In this document: piece by piece, positions 24,861 to 35,034 of the stretch
Numbering within the stretch: the stretch's first letter is position 1
How the letters are laid out: each line of letters opens with the position of its first letter
NCBI GenBank assembly: GCA_937944945.1
Contig: CALEBD010000406.1
Location: 48,050 to 112,049 of the forward strand
DNA: 64,000 bases
Direction: 5' to 3'
Source of the DNA: an uncultured Clostridium sp.
Lineage (GTDB): Bacteria > Bacillota > Clostridia > Peptostreptococcales > Peptostreptococcaceae
Position numbers and translations under genes: made by a program
Notes under the pieces: generated by a model
The model's database searches: none
Seen by the model: the letters and a program-made list of their open reading frames with translations, nothing else
Told to the model about the DNA's origin: nothing

Positions 24861-27800
24861 GTTAATTAAAAGCAGTATAAATTTGGAAACCTAGACTTAG
24901 GTATATCCAACTCAGGGATCTTTAGTATATGAGTATAATCCTCTTAGAAATTTTAGACTGTCGAAGAATATGTATTTATATAAAGGAGATTATTATTCTT
25001 TGGAAGAATTAAAAGATAAATTTAACATATATATAGAGGACAATTCCTGGGTAGGAGCAGATGAAAATCCAGAATTGTATGAAAAAGGATAGTTGGTAGA
25101 TTTCATAACAGATTAGCTGTCTATTAGGCTAGATCATCCAGTACATATTATTCCTTAGTATAGTTACGACGGGTCAGTAAACCTTATATTGAATGACGGA
25201 ATTAATATACCTAGATTAATAAATAGTAGGTTTAGTTCTACTGGCAAGAATACTTACGAAGTAGTCAACAGGAAGGGGGATAATGACACTAACATATATG
25301 ATTAGGGAGAACAGTTTGATATAGATACTTCTCTATATAGAAGAATAACTAAAATACCTAAAGTTTAGTATATGGGAACATCTTCTGGAGGCAATATGAA
25401 GATTGGAAATTATCATTTTTATTTCAAATTGTCCGATGCAGATGGGAACGAGACAGATTTTGTGGCCGAGTCTGGATTAGTAAGTGTGTTTATAGGCTTT
25501 GGATCTCCTTCTAGTATTCATACTGGTTAGAAAAACGAAAGTAGCTACAAAAATGTCATGTTTTCTGTATCTAATATAGATGCTTCTTATAATTATATTA
25601 CTGTATATTATTCAAGATATACAGCAGAAGCTAATGAAAACTTCGTAACCGAATATATAAAAATCAATAAGAAATATTTAGTAAATAATGCCGGGATAGC
25701 ATCTATTATAGTAACAGGTTTTGAAGAAACTACATAGATATCAGGTTCTGATATTAATTTAAACTATAATGTAGTAGACGCTTCTAAAGCTTCTGCAGTT
25801 TGTCAAAATATGTTGTTTATGGCAAATGTCCATAAACCAAATATTCCCTACAAAGAGTTATCTGATTTGTCTTTAAGATTTTTACCATATCTAATCTAGA
25901 CTCCGTATAAGTTAGACATAGATGAAGAGTATAATCCAACAACATCAGATTTAGGATACTATGATAGTAAATTTATATATGACTACACTGGATATTGGGG
26001 AGAGGAGATATACAGATTTGGAATAGTATATATAATGCCGAATAATGAATTAAGTCCTGTATTTAACATTAGAGGAGGTGCTGCTATTAAAGAATTCATA
26101 GATGGATAGTATAGCAATGATGGGCAGTTTTCAAATATTCCGGTATTTAAAACAAACGAGCTAAATGAAAGGGAGAGACAATATATTAACTATAACGAAG
26201 AAACCAATTATTTAATAGGGCTTGATGATATGTCTTCTGGGGATAACAGAACGAAAGGTACCGTTTCATTTGAAAATGTTAAGGGAGTAGTTACCTTCTC
26301 TCCTACCAAGGACACTAATACTATATATGGGATAGATATTAGAACTGATCAAGATACTATTAAGGAACTAGAGAAGTATGTTAAAGGGTACTTTTTTGTA
26401 AGATAGACAAGAATACCTACTATTCTAGCCCAGGGTATCACCATAGGGATAGACCAGAATTCTTATACCCCCTGTATCCCAACAGCTGGCGGGTTTTTGG
26501 AATAGTTATCAGAATCATTAGAAAAAACCCATGTTACTACAGAAGATATAAATGATATTAATTACATATCAGAAGGATTTCTAAGTAGATATTAGTTCAA
26601 ATTTCAGAAGAAGTCCAGTAATCTGTGGGGGAAAATCGCTAAAGTGGCTGGTATAGCGGTAGGAGTAGTAGCATTAGCTGCCGCAACCGTTTTTACAGCA
26701 GGTGCTGCAGCTGCTGTAGTAGCAGGTACTGCTGTTACAGTAAGTGGAGCAGCAGCTGCTGGAGCAACTGCTTTAGGAACAGTTGCAGGGACAATAGCAG
26801 CTGCAACTGGTCTAGGTTCTTTAGGAGCTGCTTTAGGAACTACTGTTCTAGTTGGAGGAGCTGTTGCCCTACCAACAGCTGCGTTAGCAGTAGCTGGAAC
26901 TATTCAGGAAACTAGGTATGCGTTATCCTCTATTTTTGTAAAGAAAAAGTTGGATGGGAGAAATACACAAGTTCCTTCTGGATATAAATTGGTAGAAACA
27001 GAAGAATCCAGAAAATTAAGTACAGATTTTCTTACACGTTTTATTCCTAAGGACTCCTCTAAGGTAAAAGTCTAGGGGATTCTGTGTCCAGATTATGAAG
27101 TAAATTAGTCTTACTATAATCAAATATTTACTGGCAATTTACATACTATTTCTCTTACAAGTTCTTAGAGTATAAACGGATTAGCTGGAAGAACTGGAAA
27201 TTATTTTTCAAATAACGTGAATCATTTCTATATTCCAGACTATTATGATACCAATATACGAAATTTTTATGATTTTAAGGTTGTAGGAGTTCCCGACAAT
27301 GTAAAATTGGTTGGAATTGATAACCTAAAATTCAGGAGTAGAGCAGGGGAGGCAGAAGAAGCTTGGAGATATGAATGTGTAGGGGACGATTATAAATCTG
27401 AATACTCAAAAAAGAATAACGAAGAGGATTCTGAAACATAGTCTAATAAGAAGATAAATACTGATATAATTAGAGGAAGTTTTGGGCCTTACTTGGCATT
27501 TAATGATGTAGAAAACAAATTCTCTTCAGCTGAAACTGTTAACATATATATACCAGAATACTCTATAGGTTAGCTTGAAAACTACTTTTCAATTAGAATG
27601 TAGGATTCTTCTGTTTTTTAGGCCATATCTGATAGATATAGTATCTCAGAAGTAGATTCTTAGTTAGTAAAATAGTTAAGTAATATAATTGGTGATGATG
27701 ATAGAACTAAAGGGTATAAATGGGAGCTTTATAGAGGAGATTGTTATCTATGTCAATTTACTCATAGGGTAAATAGAAACTTTAACGATCCTTCAGCGCC

Positions 27801-30800
27801 CTATAATGATGAGATAGTTGACGAAAAAACATGGAGAGATAATTATGACACTGATAATGTAGAAAAATATGAAAGTATAAATTTGGGAGATGTTAATGCA
27901 GTATAGTTAGGAATGTGGGTAACATTTAAAATACGCTCCTCTAATAATTTAAATATAAGAACCTTAGATGGATCTAATGTAGATGAAACGGCTATGTGTG
28001 GACATCCGAGAGGATACTATCCATACCTTCCTATGAGTACTGAGGGAACATATAAACACCCAGAATCATAGGTATACAACAAAGGTTTTACTAAATCCTT
28101 AAGTGAAAGATGGAACTTTGAACTTCCTGATGTTCCCTATATAAAGAACTGGTTTGGAACTCGTATTATGTATTCTGATATTCACGTTAATGATGCCTAT
28201 AAGAACGGATTTAGAGTTTTCCAAGGTACTCATTATAGAGATTATACTCGCGAATACGGAGAAATAGTAAAATTAATTTCTCTTGAGTCTAATCTTTTAT
28301 GTGTATTTGAACATGGTATAGCATTGATACCTGTCAATGAAAGAGCAGTCGCAGGTGAGGGAACAGGTGGAAATGTCTATATAAACACATCTAATGTGCT
28401 TCCAGAGAACCCAAAAATTATCTCTGATATGTTTGGTAGTCAGTGGCCCGAAAGTGTCCTCAAAGTTCCAGGAAAGACTGGAGATTCTGCGCAATATGTT
28501 TATGGAGTTGATACTGTTGCCAAGAAGATTTGGCGCACTGACGGTAATACTCTTACTTGTATTTCTGACTTTAGAGTACAAGAATTTCTGAATAAGAATA
28601 TTACTCTAGGGGAAAGAGAGCTTACTCCCAAAATAGGTATTAGAAATGTAAAGACAGTATATAACGCCTTCAAGCGAGACGTATTATTTACTTTCTATGA
28701 CAATACTTATGGCTTTGAAGAAAAGGTTTGGAATCTATGCTGGAATGAGTTATTATAGAAATTTATAACATTCTATAGTTGGGTTCCTAGCTATATGGAA
28801 AATATAAATAATATTCCATTCTCATTCGATAGAAATACTTCTAAGTGGATTGCTAAACTGGGAACAAGTCATACTGAAAGTTCTTTTGCTGACGGTATTA
28901 CACTATCTAATGTAATTATAGAGAACTCTGAAAATGAATAGGGAGAAGTAGTAACTAACTTTAAGGTTCCAGTTTCCTATGTGAATAAGAAAGGTGAGTG
29001 GGTAACTCAAAACTATACTGTAGCGAATGATGGAACTAGTAGGAAAAAATACATTGGAATATTATCCTTAAGTAATAGAATACTTCCAGATGCCTAGCTT
29101 CACTATTAGATTTCCTACTCCTTGTAGAGAGATTAGTATGGAAACTATAAGAAGTTTGACATAGTCCCTCTAAATTGTGGAGAAGCTAAGGGAGGTATAT
29201 ATCTTCCAGATGATGCTATGTTTGCAGGAGCTTTCATGCCTCTATATTGTCTAAAATTCAAGGAAGGAGGAGATGAATATAGTCCAGTCTACTATAAGGA
29301 TGGATAGGAAATGACTGAAGTGTCTGACGGTGCTGGAGACACGTTCTATACTTACCAAGCTCTATATACTGCTAAATCCCTATTATCTGAATTATATTAT
29401 AGGAATAGTGCGGGATATTAGTATGCAGACTACGAGGTTAATAAAGTTAAGGTGGGAGACTCTATCGAAGGGAATACATTAGAAATAACTGATGTGTTGG
29501 ATTATCCTATATTCAAGGACATTACTGGAAAGCGTCCTATTCTTCCTAGAGAAGAGATGATAAATCCTGATAAAATAGTAACCTTACTTAATATTAAGGC
29601 TACAATATCTATCGTTGATAGTGATAATTAGTCTAAACTAAGTGATTCCTATTACAATATGAAAGCGGGATTTTAGTCAGGAACATCTCTAGTAGATGCT
29701 GGATATTATGAATCTGTTGTAGGAATAGCTCCTAGATGGAACTTATAGTTCTTATCTACAGATTTTTGGAAGCACGGCTAGGCTGGGCTAATTGACATAG
29801 CAGATGATATATATCCTACTTATTGGTACGGAAGACAGCATCCATTTGAATTTGAATGTGTAGTAGTGAACGACCCTTCTATACATAAGATATTTACTAA
29901 TCTTGAAATTGTCGCTAATAAGGCAAAACCTGAATCTTTCCACTATGAAATAATTGGGGAGACCTACGACTTTGCAAAAGATAAGGTAAATATGTATTTT
30001 AGACAGGAAGCTATGAAAGCATTGTGGCAATACAATGGAGCTGATATTTCTTATGATAGGAACTTCTTGAAAGTTCAACCTAGATAGTAGCCAAAGTCTG
30101 CGGACTTCCCACATAAGTACTATACTAGACAAGATACTATCAATGAGATAGAGGATTATTATATTCATGTAACTTATCCAGATTCACACGATTATCGTCA
30201 TTTATCTGGAGCGGAAGTAGTTTACTATCCAAATAGACGAGAATATCGAATCTGGAATCATGCTATGGCTGTAGATATAGACGATTTGAGTTAGGATGAT
30301 TCAAGGTCAATTATCTCCGCTAATTGTTAGTATTTAGAGGACAGATGGAAAGTTACAATTAATCCTATTTTAGTATGCTATAAGAATGAATATCAAAGGA
30401 AATTCTCTGGTTCCTTAATATAGCCTCAGAACTCTACTTGGGCAAAAGCCAAGAATAGTTCACAAAGCTTACCAACTCTTCCTATTTATAATTCTCCTAT
30501 ACCGGATTAGGTTTTATCAGCTGGTGGTATAGATTTCCCAGGAAATGACCCAGTACATCCAGAGTGGGGAGAAGATAACGCTCTTTACAATTTATATGAT
30601 TTATCTGGATACAATTCCGAAGGAAATTGGAAACCGTTGGATTTAACTAACTGGTTAGACGATGTTAGTATTTATAGATATAACTTTGGAGAAGCATAGA
30701 ATAGAAAAGAGTTAGATGTTAAGGATAAATTCTTAAAGATAAGAATTAGATATTCCGGAGAAGAATTAGCTGTTATAGATTTCTTAAATACTGTATATAG

Positions 30801-30816
30801 AATTAGTTATGCTTAA
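24850..30816 (+). CDS. Tail muzzle / stabilisation protein (P22 gp10-like role), 1988 aa, TAG=Gln
   Basis: NDGINIPRLINSRF, GNYHFYFK, GYWGEEIYRFGIVY, FGSQWPESV and KDKFLKIRIRYSG motifs; fragments 26644, 27217, 28168, 29866 in frame. Confidence 0.8.
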
Positions 30817-32728
30817 TAAGAATATAAATAAAGTCAGAAGAATAGCGAAAGCCTATTATGGGCTTTCCATTCCTTCTGGGAATCCATATATGACTACGAA
30901 TGAATTAGCCATCCCTGGTAATGCTATTACTTAGTAGAATTTGCTGGGAACTGATTATAGCGCTGATTTCAGAAACAGAGCTGAATAGATAATGGCTCCT
31001 ACTAATAGTCTTATAGATTTTAATGCTAGAATGGGAGACTTATTTAGCTTAAAGCTAAAAAACGATAGAGATTCCTCTAAAGCTATTACATAGATAAAGA
31101 GTATGTCTGTAGGTACTGCACCTTAGAAATCATAGGGAACTTTCTAGAAACTAGGAGGATGGAATACGGTAGGACAAGCCTCAGACTTCCTAAGCGGACT
31201 AATTGGAGGTGATAAAGATGGATACCTTGGTAAATATGGTTCATTATAGCAAGCAGGAGACTAGGCGTTTGACCAGGCTTCAAATGTAGTAATGGGCATA
31301 AATCCTCTAGTCGGAGGAATAATGAAGGCAGGAGGTTTAGTTAGTGACGTATTAACCAAATGGGGTGGAATGGGTACGGATTCTATGACTAAAACCGATG
31401 CTGTACTAGGTAGCAAATTATTATCTCTTACTCCAGTTGGTATGGTTAATGGTTTCTTCGGTAAGAAAACTAGGGATTTTTCTGCTAATAGAGATACTAT
31501 AGAATAGGTAGGAGGTTCTTACGGCGGAACTGTTAGAAATATAGCATCAGCAGAAGAAAAAGCTGGAAAGAAATATGGATTATTCAGTGGAGGGGCAAGA
31601 AGGTCAGCCAACAGATTCATAAATAGAACAGAGTCCCAATAGGCGACTATGACTAATATAGCTAACTAGGCTTCTGATTTATCTTCTATAGCTACTAATA
31701 TGTCGGATTTGAACCATATTTAGTATGGCTTCAACCTAAATGGCGGCTATGATTAGAGATATATGAGAGCTGCTAGACTTGGAACTAAATTACAGAGAAT
31801 TAAAAAACTTAATATATAGTCTCATAAATTAGGAGGTTAGATATAGGGAGCGATAGATTTGAATGAGTGGCAACCCGTTATAACCGAAGCTGTAGAGTAG
31901 TTTGAATCTGGAGGAGAATTAGAATGGACTCCTATTATAACTCTATAGGAAGGAGGAAAAACTGAGAAAGTAGATGGAATAACAGGAGCAGCTCCGAAGA
32001 TTACTTTCTAGTCTTGGTACGATACTGTTCCAAAAGATAGGTTGTCGAATAATTACGACCTTAAGAAAGCTTTTGAAGTACTACCATTTGAGGAGTTAGA
32101 AGCATGGAGAAAATCTTCTGATGAAGATTTAAGAATTGGAAAGAATCACCTACGAAGCATCTATCAGTTACCCAATGGAGATTATGAATTTTTAAAGCTA
32201 GGAAATGAATAGAGTAATCCAGAAGTTCATTTCGAAACTGATACTTATCATTCTGGGGAAAATGGATTAAAAGATTCTCATGATTTAGTCTTTGAGAAAG
32301 ATAGATACTTCTATAGAAAGAAGCCTAAACAATTTAAAAATGGTGGTAAACCCGAACCTATAGACGCTCCAGAAATAGAAGAAACTAATTAGAAAAATAT
32401 AATTCCAGAAGGTGCTCTTCATGCTCGCAAACATAACATGGAAAATGCTGATAACTTGACTAAGAAAGGTATTCCAGTTATAGATAATGAAGGAGAGCAA
32501 TAGGCAGAGATAGAAAAAAATGAAATAATATTTACACTAGAAGTTACTAAAAAGCTGGAGGAGTTATACTCTAAATATACAGACTATGAATACTCTCAGA
32601 AAGAAAAGGATGAAGTAGCAATAGAAGCTGGAAAACTGTTAGTAAAAGAAATATTATTTAACACAGATGATAGAACAGGTTTAATTAACACATTAAAACA
32701 AGGAGGAATAATAGATGGCTCTAAATGA
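30809..32728 (+). CDS. Virion cargo/ejection protein (639 aa, TAG=Gln)
   Basis: Gly-rich amphipathic segments, multiple xxxGG motifs, IIPEGALHA..AEIEKNEIIF C-terminal block; follows the muzzle gene as cargo genes do in crAss-like phages. Confidence 0.7.
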
Positions 32729-33947
32729 TTTGTTAGTGTCTTATAAGCGCATTGAAACTCCCTCTAGAACCATCCCAGAGTTCAGATTTCCAGAATCCTA
32801 TCAACTAGTTACTTCTGATGCCCCATAGAGTAAGCCTGATTAGGAAGACGTATAGACTCCTAAATATTATACTTCCACTGTTTAGAGACCCAAGTTTAGC
32901 TCAATCCAAAGATGGAATAGTCCTTACAGGGATAGGAATGCTTGGATAACTGACTTAGCGGCTGCTTATAGAAAAGCAGGAGTAACTAATGATAATGCAA
33001 TAAAGATGTTAATTGCCCAAGATGCTCAGGAAAGCGGTTGGGGACGTTCTGCGCAAGGTAAATTCAACTTTGGAAACTTAACCACTGGAGCTAAATGGAA
33101 AGGTGACTATGTTATGGGAAATGACCATGACGCTAAAGGCAATCCCATCAAATAGAAATTCCGCTCTTATAATTCTATGGATGAATATGCAGCTGATAAG
33201 TTATAGTTCTTGAAACACTTATATGATTTTGATGAAAATGATGATATTAATACGTTTACCGCCAAACTTACTGGTAAGAATAAAGGTAAGAGAAGGTATG
33301 CAGAAGCTACTGACTATGCTGATAGAGTTGCAGCGGTATTCAGGAGTTTCAAGGACGGTGGTATTATAAAGTATTAGTAGGCAGGAAAAGTACTTAGTCC
33401 TCCAGAAAAGGCAAGATAGAATTTATCTAGTAAATTTCCAGTTAATTGGGAAAATTCTGATTGGCTACATAACTACTTCTCTAAGAACTTAGGTTATAAT
33501 ACTTCTTTGAGTATATTATCTTCTATTCTTCCTGAAAGCGGGGCAGACCCTCACAAAAAGTAGCTTAGAGGAGGGCCAGGAAGAGGGTTAGTCTAGTGGG
33601 GATTTGGTACCGACAGATATAACCATATGAAATCATATAAGATGAGAGGATCAGTACAAAAGGGAATAGACCCAGAACTTCAACGACAAGCAGAATATAT
33701 AGTTAACACTGTTAAGAACGAACAAAAAACTGGAGAAGGCTTATGGCATCATGGAGGAACAGGGTCTGGATACAAAAGTGCTGAAGGTGCTAGAAAGGTA
33801 TTTATTAATGCAAGAACTCCAGCATCCGGTAAGGCAAGAGCTTTTAGTCTCGGCTATGTAAGACCTAAAGGAGGAATAGAAGAAGCCACTAGAAGAGCTT
33901 CTTACGTAAGTTCTCTAGATTCAGTTTATAATTCTAAATATAAATAA
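32715..33947 (+). CDS. Virion-associated peptidoglycan hydrolase: GH73 glucosaminidase plus phage-tail lysozyme domain (410 aa, TAG=Gln)
   Basis: AQDAQESGWG..FNFG..FRSYNS..YAEATDY (GH73/FlgJ-like), then PESGADP..GRGLV(Q)W (Phage_lysozyme2-like). Confidence 0.85.
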
Positions 33948-34564
33948 TGGATAGAGTAAAGGTAAATGTAGGCGATAAGACATATAATTGTCAAATTGCC
34001 AAGACAGAAGAAGATAGAAAGAAAGGTCTAATGGGAGTAGAAAATCTTCCTCCCGATGAAGGTATGCTATTTGTATGGGAGGATGAAGATACTAGAGAAA
34101 TGTGGATGAAAGATACTAAAATACCTTTAGACTAGATAGCCATTAACGATAATGATGAAGTAGTCTTAGTATATAAGGCTTAGCCAGAAGATGAAACTTT
34201 AGTTCCGTTCATGAACGCTAAGTATATTCTAGAAGTTAATTAGGATTCTGGTATTGTAGAAGGAGATGATTTTGAAATAGACGACTCTGAAGATTATGAC
34301 AAATATGTTATGAAGGTGCTTGCTCCAGATGGTACTACTTAGATGTATCTCTAGGGAGGTGAAAGAATCGTAAGTAGAAAAGAAACAAGAACTCTCATTA
34401 AGAAAGCTAAAAAGGCTTACGAAAATAAAGACAAAGATTATGATAAATATTGCAAATCTTTGGGCAAATATATATTTAAGGTATTAAAGGGTCAAAATAC
34501 TCGTCCGCCAGAATATGTAGAAGTTCCGGAAGGAAAAGACAAAAATTCTAACGACGAAAATTAA
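33947..34564 (+). CDS. DUF192-family protein with C-terminal extension (205 aa, TAG=Gln)
   Basis: IAKTEEDRKKGLMG..GMLF..MWMKDTKIPLD..KYILEVN signature; TAA 34562-34564. Confidence 0.85.
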
Positions 34565-34589
34565 CAATATACACATCGTATCAAAAATT

Positions 34590-34623
34590 CTTGGTTATGA
34601 AGATCTTAATATGTAGTATTGAA
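34590..34623 (+). promoter_or_regulatory. Putative promoter
   Basis: CTTG-N20-TAGTATTG; near-identical to the motif at 13684-13696. Confidence 0.5.
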
Positions 34624-34678
34624 GTACATAAGATAGATAGATAATTAGTGCATTAATTACATTTTAAATTTTTAATTT

Positions 34679-34969
34679 ATGAAGTTAGGAAATAAGTTTT
34701 AGGCAGGAGGACCGATGCCTGCAGGAGCACCTGCTCCAGCGCCTCAAGGTGGTGAAGACCCAACAGCTATGTTACTTCAAGGAGCACAGCAAGCTGTTCA
34801 AGGACAAGATTGTGAAATAGCTATGCAAGTATGCCAAATGTTAATCGAAGCATTGGGAGGTGGAGGTAATCCACAGGAAGCTGCCCCACAGGAAGCTACC
34901 CCAGCTCCAGCAGAAGGGGAACCTGTTTACCGTAGAGGCGGTCGTTTAGTGAGACGTATAAACGCTTAA
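34679..34969 (+). CDS. Small Pro/Ala/Gln-rich virion protein (96 aa; single TAG at codon 8)
   Basis: MKLGNKF(Q)AGG in frame with ORF 34715-34969; flanked by its own putative promoter and terminator. Confidence 0.8.
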
Positions 34970-34982
34970 CAAATTTAACACG

Positions 34983-35022
34983 TAGGGGTATATCTAAACT
35001 AGGTATATCCCTATTTTATTTT
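34983..35022 (+). terminator. Rho-independent terminator
   Basis: TAGGGGTATATCTA-aac-TAGGTATATCCCTA stem followed by TTTTATTTT. Confidence 0.85.
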
Positions 35023-35034
35023 ACAGGATAAATT

